Positions 48,410 through 58,619 of a stretch of DNA of 64,000 bases are shown piece after piece. The stretch covers positions 1,216,001 to 1,280,000 of the forward strand of contig OZ220741.1 of NCBI GenBank assembly GCA_965116885.1. The letters are read 5' to 3'. How positions within the stretch are numbered: the stretch's first letter is position 1; each line of letters starts with the position of its first letter. The notes under the pieces are model-generated. The model had not been told where the DNA came from. It saw only the letters and a program-made list of their open reading frames with translations, and made no database searches. This stretch comes from Candidatus Latescibacterota bacterium (GTDB lineage Bacteria > Latescibacterota > UBA2968). The position numbers and the translations under genes are program-made.

Positions 48410-49813
48410 ATGCCCAATCCCAACATCGTCTATATCTTCTTCGACGACCTCGGTTATGGGGACATCAGCTATCTCAATCCCGAATCCAAAATCCATACAC
48501 CAAATATGGACCGCCTATCCTCAGAAGGCATGTGCTCCACCGATGTCCACTCCTGCTCCGCCGTGTGCTCCCCCTCGCGCTACGGCGTCTTAACCGGACG
48601 CTACTGCTGGCGCACCCGACTGCAAAACGGCGTCCTCAACGGATACTCAGAACCCCTCATCGAACCCGACCGCCTGACCGTCGCGTCCCTGCTCAAACAA
48701 CACGGATATCACACCGCTTGCATCGGCAAATGGCATGTGGGATTAAACTGGACGCGCAAAAAAGGCGTCCAGAACCTCGAAGATTACAGATTGGGATGGA
48801 ACCGCGGCGAAGCCATAGACTTCACCCAGCCATTTACCGGCGGACCGTGCGACCTCGGATTCGACTATTTTTACGGCATCTCCGCATCCCTGGACATGCC
48901 GCCCTATGTCTATCTCGAAAACAACCGCACAATCTGCGAGCCAACAGCCCGTGCTCCCCGAGGCCTCTTTGGCCGCGAAGGACACGCTGCGCCGGGCCTC
49001 AAACCCGAACACGTCATCCCGGACCTCACAAAAAAAGCGGTCTCCTTCATCGAAGAAACCGCAACAGACAAACAGCCCTTTTTCCTCTACTATCCCGTAA
49101 CCGGTCCCCACACACCCATCGCGCCAAACAAAGCATTCACAGGCAAAAGCCAGGCTGGCAAATACGGCGACTTCGTCGTCGAATGCGACTGGGCAGTGGG
49201 GCAAATCATGGACGCTGTTGAAAAAGCTGGCGCCACCGACAACACCCTCTTTATCGTCACCAGCGACAACGGACCCGAACGCTTTATGCACGCGCGAAAA
49301 CAAGAATACAACCACTACAGCGCCTATCACTTCCGCGGCTGCAAACGCGACAACTGGGAAGGTGGGCATCGCATCCCCTTCATCGCCCGCTGGCCCGAAA
49401 AAGTCGCAGCCGGATCCTTCAGCGACGAAATCATCTGTCTCACAGATCTCATCGCAACAGCCGCCGACATTGTCGGCCATACCCTTCCTGAAAATGCCGG
49501 CGAAGACAGTTGCAGCATCTTACCCGTCCTGACGCGCCAAAACGCGATACCCATCCGCGAAGCCACCGTACACCATTCTTCCAAAGGCGAATTTGCCATC
49601 CGCCAGGGCAAATGGAAATTGCTTCTCCATCAAAGCTCCGGCGGCAATGATTATCCCGACGACCCGCCAGATGATGCCCCCGGCCAACTCTACGACATGG
49701 AAACCGGCTACCGAGAACGCGAAAACCTCTACGCGCAACACCCCGAAATCGTATCGCAATTGACCGACCTGCTCAACCAGTACAAAACGAGGGACCGCAG
49801 TGTCCCCACATAA
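48410..49813 (+). CDS. Cys-type sulfatase (arylsulfatase A-like)
   Basis: DDLGYGD, CSPSRYGVLTG, GKWH, TSDNG, WEGGHRIP. Confidence 0.94.
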   Translation: MPNPNIVYIFFDDLGYGDISYLNPESKIHTPNMDRLSSEGMCSTDVHSCSAVCSPSRYGVLTGRYCWRTRLQNGVLNGYSEPLIEPDRLTVASLLKQHGYHTACIGKWHVGLNWTRKKGVQNLEDYRLGWNRGEAIDFTQPFTGGPCDLGFDYFYGISASLDMPPYVYLENNRTICEPTARAPRGLFGREGHAAPGLKPEHVIPDLTKKAVSFIEETATDKQPFFLYYPVTGPHTPIAPNKAFTGKSQAGKYGDFVVECDWAVGQIMDAVEKAGATDNTLFIVTSDNGPERFMHARKQEYNHYSAYHFRGCKRDNWEGGHRIPFIARWPEKVAAGSFSDEIICLTDLIATAADIVGHTLPENAGEDSCSILPVLTRQNAIPIREATVHHSSKGEFAIRQGKWKLLLHQSSGGNDYPDDPPDDAPGQLYDMETGYRERENLYAQHPEIVSQLTDLLNQYKTRDRSVPT

Positions 49814-49825
49814 AACGGAGAAAGC

Positions 49826-51481
49826 ATGAACGCTTCGGACCTATTTGTCAAAGCACTGGAAAATGAAGGCGTGGGATATATCTACGGCGTACCCGGAGAA
49901 GAAAACCTCGCCTTTCTGGAAGCCCTTCGCAAATCGAGCATCAAACTCATCTTGACGCGCCACGAACAGGGTGCCGCATTTATGGCTGCGACCTATGGGC
50001 GACTCACGGGCAAAGCCGGCGTCTGCCTCGCCACACTCGGTCCCGGCGCGACCAATTTTGTGACGGGTGCGGCCTATGCCCAACTGGGCGGCATGCCCCT
50101 GCTCATGATCACGGGCCAAAAACCCATCAAAAAGAGCAAACAGGGCCAGTTTCAGATCATCGACGTCGTGAGCATGATGGAACCCCTCACAAAATACACC
50201 CGACAAATCGTCAACGTAGATATGATCCCCTCCATGGTGCGGGAGGCATTTCGCCTCGCACAAGAAGAGCGCCCCGGCGCCGTACATCTGGAATTGCCGG
50301 AAGATGTCGCCGAAGAACCCGTTGACGAACACACCACGCCGGTCTTTAACATCAGCACATGCAGACGCGGCGACGCCAATGAACGCGCCATTGACGACGC
50401 TGTAAAAATGATCAAAGAAGCCACGCGGCCCTTGCTCCTCCTGGGCGCGGGCACCAACCGCAAGCGCATCTGGGAATCCGTGGCGCACTTCCTCGACAAA
50501 ACCGGCATCCCCTTTTTCAATACCCAACTGGGCAAAGGCGTCGTTGGCGGTCTCCACCCCCTGTTCCTGGGCACCGCAGCACTATCCGACGGCGACTATC
50601 TCCACTGCGCGATTGAACGCGCCGATCTGATCATAAACGTCGGACACGATGTCGTGGAAAAACCGCCATTTTTCATGTCACACGACGAAGGCGCAACCCG
50701 GGTCATCCACATCAACTTCCAATCCGCCGTGGTAGATAATGTCTATTTTCCACAACTGGAAGTCGTAGGCGATATTGCAAACACGATCCGGCGCCTCGCC
50801 GACAAAACCTGCAAAACAGCCTCGCACGATTTCGACTATTACCTGCGCATCCGCGACCAGATCCAGGAACACATTCGTCTGGGAGAGAACGACAACAGCT
50901 TCCCCGTAAAACCACAGCGCCTCGTCTGGGACGTCCGCAAAGTCCTGCCCGAAGACGGCATCATTGCCCTGGACAACGGCGTGTACAAAATTTGGTTTGC
51001 GCGCAACTACCCGACCACGCAACCCAACACCGTGTTGCTGGACAACGCCCTTGCCACCATGGGCGCGGGCCTGCCCTCGGCAATGGAAGCCGCGCGGTTT
51101 TATCCCAACCGGCGGGTCATGGCGATTTGTGGCGACGGTGGTTTTATGATGAACAGCCAGGAATTGGAAACAGCCGTAAGACTCAACCTCAATCTCGTCG
51201 TCCTGATCTTGCGAGACAATGCCTACGGCATGATCCGCTGGAAACAATACGGGATGGGGCTTCCCGATTTTGGACTGGAATTTGACAACCCGGATTTTGT
51301 CATGTACGCCAACAGTTATGGCGCACATGGACACCGCGTAAAATCCACAGAAATGACTGTACCCCTGCTGGAAAAATGTTATGCCAAAGGCGGCGTACAC
51401 CTCGTCGAAATACCCGTGGATTACTCTGAAAACCAGAAAGTGCTCGTCGATGAACTGCAAGCAAAGACTTGTTTATTATAA
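49826..51481 (+). CDS. Acetolactate synthase large subunit-like ThDP enzyme
   Basis: GVPGEEN, RHEQGAAFMA, LDNALATMGAG, GDGGFMMNSQE. Confidence 0.9.
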   Translation: MNASDLFVKALENEGVGYIYGVPGEENLAFLEALRKSSIKLILTRHEQGAAFMAATYGRLTGKAGVCLATLGPGATNFVTGAAYAQLGGMPLLMITGQKPIKKSKQGQFQIIDVVSMMEPLTKYTRQIVNVDMIPSMVREAFRLAQEERPGAVHLELPEDVAEEPVDEHTTPVFNISTCRRGDANERAIDDAVKMIKEATRPLLLLGAGTNRKRIWESVAHFLDKTGIPFFNTQLGKGVVGGLHPLFLGTAALSDGDYLHCAIERADLIINVGHDVVEKPPFFMSHDEGATRVIHINFQSAVVDNVYFPQLEVVGDIANTIRRLADKTCKTASHDFDYYLRIRDQIQEHIRLGENDNSFPVKPQRLVWDVRKVLPEDGIIALDNGVYKIWFARNYPTTQPNTVLLDNALATMGAGLPSAMEAARFYPNRRVMAICGDGGFMMNSQELETAVRLNLNLVVLILRDNAYGMIRWKQYGMGLPDFGLEFDNPDFVMYANSYGAHGHRVKSTEMTVPLLEKCYAKGGVHLVEIPVDYSENQKVLVDELQAKTCLL

Positions 51482-51512
51482 TTTTATTACTTCTTTGTTG
51501 TTTCTTCAGTAA

Positions 51513-51574
51513 TATTTGTCAACAATATCGTTGACAAATACTTACCAGTAGTGCAAAAAATTTCTTGCACCACT
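51513..51574. terminator. Two adjacent inverted repeats between convergent genes
   Basis: TATTTGTCAAC-N6-GTTGACAAATA and AGTAGTGCAAAAAA/TTTCTTGCACCACT. Confidence 0.5.
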
Positions 51575-51582
51575 CGCATGAC

Positions 51583-52899
51583 CTAATCCATCAGCCTCAC
51601 ATTGTATTGTCTCGCAGAGGACTGGTATCCGCGATACAGACTCTCATCCAAAGGGTGCGGGGTATAAATATAGATCGCGGTCTCCCATGGATTGTACAGA
51701 ACCACCTCTTCCCGTTCGTCGCCACACACATCCGCTGGAATGCAGTGATACCAGGCCATGCGTCCAACGGGTTCGGGGGCCGGAAGACCCGGCAGTGAGA
51801 TAGAGACTCCTTCAAGAGGCTCCCAGAGCATTCCACCATTATACAGAAGTGCGGGCGCGTCCGCCCCATTCCAATACACAACCTCCATACCCGTATTGTT
51901 GGGCGAAGGATTGAGGCGGAAATCGTTGAGACAGATCCCCTTTGTATCAATGACCATAACATCCGTATTGTGTCCCAGATATCGAATCACCATCTGGGGA
52001 GCTGGATCATCTGCGCTAAATCGCGCCACCCTCACCTCCTGACCGTGGGGAACCTTCTCCTCACCGAGACGCAGAACCACATTTCCGCAATCATCCATCA
52101 CATGTCCAAAACCAGAGCAAATGGCGCGCATCTGCCCATTATCCCACTCCGCGATAGACACCGAATCCATATTCCATCCAAGTTGCCCTTCCCAGAGCAC
52201 CGTCCCATCGTAATCTAACAGAAAATACCCGCCATTGACCTCATCCCTGCCATCGCCGTCAATATCTCCGACCGAGGGAATGTACGCGGGACATCGGCTG
52301 TACTCGGTCCACTCAGTTTCATAGGTCCAGAGAACCTGAAGATCCTCATCAAAAGCAATAACCTTGCCCCCGAGCTTAATCACAAAATCTCGAGGCGTAT
52401 CGGTCCCCCGAAAATTGGCAATCATAATACGCTGATGCACCCAATTCGCCCCCCGTCCCCGACATGACCGCAACTCAGTGGGACTGGCCTCCTGTTTGAG
52501 ATCGCCATTCGCCCCGTCCCGAATCTGAACGACCACATTTGCCATCGAATCGGGATCGGCCTCAACCTCGGAATCGACAAAAAAGCAAATAACTTCCTCA
52601 GCACCATCGCCATCGATATCGCAAATAGCGACAGGACCGGGTCGGCTGGGCTGGACGCCGCCCTCTCCCACCTGCCACAAAACCTCACCATCCGCGGTAA
52701 AAGCACCGAGAAAACACGGTTTCATACCTCCACCGTCATGCGCATCGTCAACCGACCGGTACACCAGAAAATCCGCCCGACCATTTCCCTCGAGATCGCC
52801 TATCCGAATATCGCCTCCATAGGTACCCTCCTCTGCCGTGACGCAGAACTCAGGCGGAATCTCCACGCGCTTGTATAAAATAGGGCTGCCGTATTGCAT
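51583..52899 (-). CDS. Beta-propeller protein with DxDGDG motifs (PL11 rhamnogalacturonan lyase-like)
   Basis: GDLEGNG, DIDGDGAEEV, GDIDGDGRDEV, ADVCGDEREEV. Confidence 0.65.
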   Translation of the reverse strand: MQYGSPILYKRVEIPPEFCVTAEEGTYGGDIRIGDLEGNGRADFLVYRSVDDAHDGGGMKPCFLGAFTADGEVLWQVGEGGVQPSRPGPVAICDIDGDGAEEVICFFVDSEVEADPDSMANVVVQIRDGANGDLKQEASPTELRSCRGRGANWVHQRIMIANFRGTDTPRDFVIKLGGKVIAFDEDLQVLWTYETEWTEYSRCPAYIPSVGDIDGDGRDEVNGGYFLLDYDGTVLWEGQLGWNMDSVSIAEWDNGQMRAICSGFGHVMDDCGNVVLRLGEEKVPHGQEVRVARFSADDPAPQMVIRYLGHNTDVMVIDTKGICLNDFRLNPSPNNTGMEVVYWNGADAPALLYNGGMLWEPLEGVSISLPGLPAPEPVGRMAWYHCIPADVCGDEREEVVLYNPWETAIYIYTPHPLDESLYRGYQSSARQYNVRLMD

Positions 52900-53008
52900 C
52901 GGGTCGCTCCCCTCATCCTATGTGGTTTAATGAAAAACTCCTTGAACAAAGATACATCTCTAAGTAAGATAAAAAAGACCAAATAACCACATTGAGACCA
53001 TATATCCC

Positions 53009-55477
53009 ATGAAACAAACGCTCTACCTCGCAAAAAACTACCTCACCATCGCCATCCGCAACCTGCTGAGACATCCGGGCTATTCATTGATCAACCTGTC
53101 GGGATTGGCACTTGGAATGGCGTGTGCGGTATTGCTCGCGATCTACATCGCCTATGAACTGAGCTACGACCGGTTTCGCCCAGAAGTAGCGCGCACCTAC
53201 CGCGTCATGAAACAAACCCGCCATGCAAACGGGCGGATAGCGTGGAACACGGGGCAACAGGGACCACTGGCAACCGTACTGACCGAAGAGTTTCCACAAA
53301 TAGAAAACGCCACGCGCTTTTGGGCGGGTCTCAGATGGATAACCGCTGGGGAAAAATCATTTCAACAGATGTTCTGGCTAAGCGACCCCAACGTATTCGC
53401 ATTCTTCGGCATCCAAGTCCTGACAGGCGATCCCCAAACCGCATTACAAGACCCATTTTCAGTAGTTATAACAGAACCCATCGCCCGGAAATTTTTCGGA
53501 ACCACCGATCCAATCGGCAAAACAATCACAGTAGATCACAACCTGTTTGGCGGCACATATCAAATCACGGGCGTCATTCGGCAAGCACCCGACAACTCGC
53601 GGTTTCAATACGATTTCATCACTGCCACCATGTCACAGGGCGTTCGCCAGCGCAGATCGTGGGACCACTGGTTGCCGCCAGCGTACTCGCGCCCGGCAAA
53701 CACATACCTGCGCCTGAAACCCGGAGCCAACCCCGAAGACATCGCACAAAAATTGCCAGAACTCGTCGAACGCTACGCGGAAATCGCAGAAGACGAAAGC
53801 GAAACCGTGCGCTATTATCTCCATCCCATCTCGCGCATGCACCTGTATTCCAAAATCGATATGCCTGGATTTACCGGCGACGCGGGAAGACCCTACAAAG
53901 ACATACAGCAAATCTATCTGCTGGGACTCGTGGGATTCTTCATCCTCACAATAGCCTGTATCAACTTCATGAACCTCTCCACAGCCCGATCCGCCAGCCG
54001 CGCGAAAGAAGTAGGACTCCGAAAAGTCGTGGGCGCATATCGCTCGCACCTCATAAAGCAATTCTTAGGCGAATCCCTCCTCTTATCCGCCCTATCCGCC
54101 TGTATAGCACTCGGATTGGTATATCTCGCACTACCCCCATTCAGCGCATTTGTGCAAGAAAACCTCACCCTGAACAGCGGATTAATCCTCTGGATCCTGG
54201 GAATCACCCTGTTCGTCGGGCTATTATCCGGAAGCTATCCCGCACTCTACCTCTCTGCATTCGAACCCGCAACCGTATTGAAAGGCGGAGCAATCAAAGC
54301 CGGTTCGACCCCGGCCCGCGTGCGACAAGGACTCGTCGTACTGCAATTTGCCATTTCAATTATATTAATCATCGGAACCATCATTGTAGCCGATCAGATG
54401 CGATTGATCCGGAAAAAAGACCTGGGATTTAACAAAGATGAAGTCGTCGTCGCCTCAATCTTCCGGCAAGACCGATATCAGAGCAATGGCGGACAGTTGC
54501 AAAAGCGGTACCTTCAGGTCAAAGACGCATTCTCACAACACCCGAATATCTCAACCGTATCGGCAACATCGGATCTGCCGGGAAACAGCTGGCCTAACCG
54601 CGAGTGGTTCTTCCCAGAAGGCGACCTAAACCGGGGCGTTGAAGTGCGCGTATTTGGCGCAGACGAGGCATTTATAGGCTGCTACGACATCCCCCTGCTA
54701 TCCGGGCGAAATTACGACCGCACGTATGCAGAACGCGCGTGGGAAAGACGCGGCAAACCCGGCGAATTATTCGTCATAAACGAAACCGCAGTAAAAGTAT
54801 TTGGCTGGACAGACCCCATAGGAAAAGTGTTGAACTCACACGTTCGAAAAGGACATGTAATCGGCGTGGTCAAAGACTTTCACTATCGCCCCCTCTACGA
54901 AACCATCGAACCACTGGTCATCACAGCCGCGTGGTATCGCCTCAGCCACCTCTCCATGCGGATTCGGCCGCAAGAACTCTCGGAGACAATGGCATTTCTA
55001 CAACGCACCTGGTCGCAATTTCTCCCCACCCGCGCGCCCGAAATAGCCTTTGCGTCCGACCAATTAGAACGCTGGTATCGGGACGACCAGCGCACGGGAC
55101 AAATATTCACCGCGGCATTTGTCATCGCGATCTTTGTCGCGTGTCTGGGACTACTGGGACTGGCAGCCTTCACCGCAGAACAGCGCACAAAAGAAATAGG
55201 CATACGCAAAACAATGGGCGCATCCGTCTGGAACCTGGTAATCCTGCTGTGCAGAGACTTTGTCATCCTCGTCGGAATAGCAAATTTGATCGCCTATCCG
55301 ATTATTTATCTGGCAATGGATCGATGGTTGCAGCATTTTGCCTATCGGATAGAACTCAGCGCAACCCCATTCGTCCTGGGAAGCCTCTTGACATTGGGAA
55401 TCGCGCTATTAACCGTAAGCACGCAGGCGTGGAAAGCCGCCCGAATAAATCCCACTGAGACATTGCGATATGAGTAG
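53009..55477 (+). CDS. MacB/FtsX-family ABC transporter permease
   Basis: KNYLTIAIRNL, ACINFMNLSTAR, EQRTKEIGIRK, NPTETLRYE. Confidence 0.94.
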   Translation: MKQTLYLAKNYLTIAIRNLLRHPGYSLINLSGLALGMACAVLLAIYIAYELSYDRFRPEVARTYRVMKQTRHANGRIAWNTGQQGPLATVLTEEFPQIENATRFWAGLRWITAGEKSFQQMFWLSDPNVFAFFGIQVLTGDPQTALQDPFSVVITEPIARKFFGTTDPIGKTITVDHNLFGGTYQITGVIRQAPDNSRFQYDFITATMSQGVRQRRSWDHWLPPAYSRPANTYLRLKPGANPEDIAQKLPELVERYAEIAEDESETVRYYLHPISRMHLYSKIDMPGFTGDAGRPYKDIQQIYLLGLVGFFILTIACINFMNLSTARSASRAKEVGLRKVVGAYRSHLIKQFLGESLLLSALSACIALGLVYLALPPFSAFVQENLTLNSGLILWILGITLFVGLLSGSYPALYLSAFEPATVLKGGAIKAGSTPARVRQGLVVLQFAISIILIIGTIIVADQMRLIRKKDLGFNKDEVVVASIFRQDRYQSNGGQLQKRYLQVKDAFSQHPNISTVSATSDLPGNSWPNREWFFPEGDLNRGVEVRVFGADEAFIGCYDIPLLSGRNYDRTYAERAWERRGKPGELFVINETAVKVFGWTDPIGKVLNSHVRKGHVIGVVKDFHYRPLYETIEPLVITAAWYRLSHLSMRIRPQELSETMAFLQRTWSQFLPTRAPEIAFASDQLERWYRDDQRTGQIFTAAFVIAIFVACLGLLGLAAFTAEQRTKEIGIRKTMGASVWNLVILLCRDFVILVGIANLIAYPIIYLAMDRWLQHFAYRIELSATPFVLGSLLTLGIALLTVSTQAWKAARINPTETLRYE

Positions 55478-55504
55478 GTAGGGGCGGCGCCCCTGTGCCT
55501 GCCC
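55478..55504 (+). repeat. Single GTAG-family REP
   Basis: GTAGGGGCGGCGCCCCTGTGCCTGCCC directly after a stop codon. Confidence 0.8.
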
Positions 55505-55541
55505 GATCGTAAATTATTGCAAATTTATCAGGAATGATCCC

Positions 55542-58508
55542 ATGCAATACCACCTCGCACAAATAAAAGCATTCTGTGACGCGCATCCAATCGACGCAAA
55601 AGTCCTGATCGTCCCAACCATGACCACAGGGCACGACCTGACACTCGCACTTGCGGCAACGGGATATTCGTGGCTAAACTTACAAATCGAAACCCCGCGC
55701 AGCCTCGCGGAAAAAGATGCGGGAGCCCATCTCATTGAGGAAGGGTATTCGCGCATGGCGCAGGACTCGGACTTATTCTACCTGGACGAAATGATCCCCC
55801 GGGCCGTGCGCGAAATCGATGATGAGTACTTCGCACAACAGGCCACCGCGCTCGCGCGACCATTTCTGCGCACATTGCGCGTCCTGCGTGCAGCGGGATT
55901 GAAACCCGACTCGCTTACTGAGAAAGGCACGCGGCATCAGGTATTACAGCGGCTTTATCAGACGTATTGCGCGACATTTGAAAGAGATAAGATCTACGAC
56001 AACGCCGTATTATATCGACGTGCATTGAAACATCTAACACCTTCACAAAATACACACTACGCCATCCTCGACGAAACCCCATTACCCAAACTGGCATTCG
56101 ACTATCTCAGCGAAAAAACAAAGGGTTATATCTGCCGCATCGGGCGAGATAATATGGGTGTATCACCCCCGCCACACAGTGCAGCAAAACGCTTTGAAAA
56201 AGCGCTCTATCCCACTGCCACAGGCAAAATCGGAGTAGGCGGAAACATATCTAAATCAAGATTAAACCCCAGAGACAAATCTCAAATCCAACTGTGCGAA
56301 ACCCTGGGCACAGAAACAGAAATCAGCACCGTATTGCGCGACATAAGATCGGGATCCATACCCCTGGACACCGTCGAAATCGCATACACCTCAGAAGTGC
56401 CTTATGTGAGCCTGTTGTGCGATGCGGTTCAGCGATATGGGCTACCCGCCACTTATGCCGAAGGCATACCTGTTTCGACAACCCGAACCGGTCGCGCACT
56501 GGTGAATTTCTATCGGTGGGTAGGCGCGGGATACCCCGCTGACGAACTGGTAATGATGTGCCGCGCGGGCCTGATCACCTCCAAAAGCGCACCTGCAATT
56601 GCAACCATCCTCCAACACGCGCATATTGGCGAGGGCGAAGGTCCCCGGCACTATTTTACTGCCCTGAACCAGATAAAAGCCGACCTGCGCCATAGAGACA
56701 CCGAAAACTCGGAAACCGGCCATCGCGGATTGACCCTTGAAGAAATCGAAGCCGTTGAAGAAGAACTCAACCGCTTATTCGCTCTGATCCCCAGAGGACC
56801 TAATGTATCCCTCGACGCATTGGTCTATGCTGGCTTGCAATTTCTCGAACATTTTGGAAACGCCGAAGAAGAGGTCCTCACCGCAATCCGGGATCGCCTG
56901 CACCATGTGGCCCAATCAGTACACCGCAAAGCACCAGCACGCCGACTGGCAAACCGTCTATCTGAATTGATCACCAACCTCTCTTTTAAAGCCGAAGCAG
57001 CCAAACCCGGGCATCTGGCAATAGCCCCGCTTTCGCGCGCGGGATACACCAATCGCGCACATATTTACATCACGGGCATGGACGAAGCCACCTTCCCCGG
57101 TGGCGCAACAGAAGATCCAATATTATTAGATGGCGAGCGCTCGGGCGTATCCGGTGAACTGGAACTGCGCCGCACGCGACCCGCCGAGCAAGTGTGGCAT
57201 CTCATTCGCGTACTGGGCATGGCATATAGCAAAGTGACATTATTGTCCTGCCACCGCAGCCTATCCGATAGCAGGGAACGCTATCCCGCCGCACTCTTTC
57301 AGCAAGCAGCCGAACAGATGAACATCGCCCCTGTAATTGCACGCGCACTGCCCGACCAAGCTGCACAGACGCTGGACGATGCAGAGGCATTGCTGGCACA
57401 TTACCCCTCTGCCGATTACGAATCCGTTGTGAATCGGACATACCCCTATCTGGTCTCTGGACAAAAGGCGCGACGCGCGCGTGAATGGAGCGGATTGACG
57501 ACCTATGATGGATGGATAGGCGCGTCCACGCCAGAGTTGGCGATTACCGCACAGCACGGCATTATTTCACCCTCAAAATTGGAAATGCTCGCCCGATGTC
57601 CATACCGGTATTTTTTAAACCATGTGCTCGAAATTCAGCCCATAGAAAAAACTGAACCCGACCCCACGCGATGGCTTGATCCCCTGTCTTATGGCGCGCT
57701 ATTACACAGCTTATTCCACAAATTCATGCAACTCCTGAAAGCGCGAGGCGAACGCCCCGACCGCGAACGACACGGAACACTGATTCGTGAACTTCTGGAA
57801 CGAGAAATAGAAGCCAAAAAAGAAACCCATCCCGTTGAACACGAAGCGGCGTATCGCGCCGATGTCAAACGCCTATCGCACGCCGCGCAAGTATTTCTAT
57901 CCGTCGAGTCCGAGCAAAAAAACGCCGACCCCATCGGATTTGAAGTGAGCTTCGGATTTGGCGAATCGGGTGGGCTGAATAGCGAAGCACCCGTAACACT
58001 CGAACTCGCAGAAGATGTCGCATTTCGCATCCGCGGGCGCATTGATCGCGTCGATCGCGTTGAAAATAAAATAATAATCTGGGATTACAAAACCGGATCC
58101 ATGGCGCAATACGACGAACAGGACCTGCTCAAACGCGGCACGCATCTGCAATGGGCACTGTACGCTTATGCTCTGAATGTGATCTTGAGACAACAACGCG
58201 AACCTGCTCGCGTACAATTATCCGGTTACGTCTTTCCCGGCGACAGAGAACACGGGCGTCGGCTTGCAGAAACGCCGCCAGCACCCGAAACACTCGCCAA
58301 TGTGTTGCGCCCCCTGCTCGAACTGGTAGAGACCGGTGGCTTTTTTCACATACAAAAATCCCAGGAATGCGACTACTGCATCTACAACCGCGTCTGCAGC
58401 AAAGAACGCCTGGACGCCAACGCCCTCGCCGATGCGCGTGAAAAAATGGATGACGATCCCGACTTTGCGCCATTACTGGACAGCCTCAATCGCTGGATGG
58501 GAATATAG
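55542..58508 (+). CDS. addB: AddB/RexB-like subunit (degenerate helicase + PD-(D/E)XK nuclease with Fe-S cysteines)
   Basis: SPSKLE..CPYRY, RGRIDRVD, WDYKTG, HLQWALY, CDYCIYNRVC; adjacent to a UvrD helicase-nuclease. Confidence 0.78.
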   Translation: MQYHLAQIKAFCDAHPIDAKVLIVPTMTTGHDLTLALAATGYSWLNLQIETPRSLAEKDAGAHLIEEGYSRMAQDSDLFYLDEMIPRAVREIDDEYFAQQATALARPFLRTLRVLRAAGLKPDSLTEKGTRHQVLQRLYQTYCATFERDKIYDNAVLYRRALKHLTPSQNTHYAILDETPLPKLAFDYLSEKTKGYICRIGRDNMGVSPPPHSAAKRFEKALYPTATGKIGVGGNISKSRLNPRDKSQIQLCETLGTETEISTVLRDIRSGSIPLDTVEIAYTSEVPYVSLLCDAVQRYGLPATYAEGIPVSTTRTGRALVNFYRWVGAGYPADELVMMCRAGLITSKSAPAIATILQHAHIGEGEGPRHYFTALNQIKADLRHRDTENSETGHRGLTLEEIEAVEEELNRLFALIPRGPNVSLDALVYAGLQFLEHFGNAEEEVLTAIRDRLHHVAQSVHRKAPARRLANRLSELITNLSFKAEAAKPGHLAIAPLSRAGYTNRAHIYITGMDEATFPGGATEDPILLDGERSGVSGELELRRTRPAEQVWHLIRVLGMAYSKVTLLSCHRSLSDSRERYPAALFQQAAEQMNIAPVIARALPDQAAQTLDDAEALLAHYPSADYESVVNRTYPYLVSGQKARRAREWSGLTTYDGWIGASTPELAITAQHGIISPSKLEMLARCPYRYFLNHVLEIQPIEKTEPDPTRWLDPLSYGALLHSLFHKFMQLLKARGERPDRERHGTLIRELLEREIEAKKETHPVEHEAAYRADVKRLSHAAQVFLSVESEQKNADPIGFEVSFGFGESGGLNSEAPVTLELAEDVAFRIRGRIDRVDRVENKIIIWDYKTGSMAQYDEQDLLKRGTHLQWALYAYALNVILRQQREPARVQLSGYVFPGDREHGRRLAETPPAPETLANVLRPLLELVETGGFFHIQKSQECDYCIYNRVCSKERLDANALADAREKMDDDPDFAPLLDSLNRWMGI

Positions 58509-58524
58509 GGGCTGGCTGACCACC

Positions 58525-58596
58525 GGGACGGCACAGGGGCCGTCCCCTACGGCGAATTTTCACATGTGTTGTAGGGGCGACCCCCTGTGGTCGCCC
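58525..58596. repeat. GTAG-family REP doublet
   Basis: Near-identical arms to 25949-26016. Confidence 0.85.
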
Positions 58597-58619
58597 ACTG
58601 ACTACTGACTGCTAATCCT

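Noticed and set aside
32620..51460. Long antisense or alternative-frame ORFs (e.g. 32976-34151, 44829-45830, 46224-47090)
   Set aside because: They overlap well-supported genes, show no motifs and are expected from the biased codon usage.
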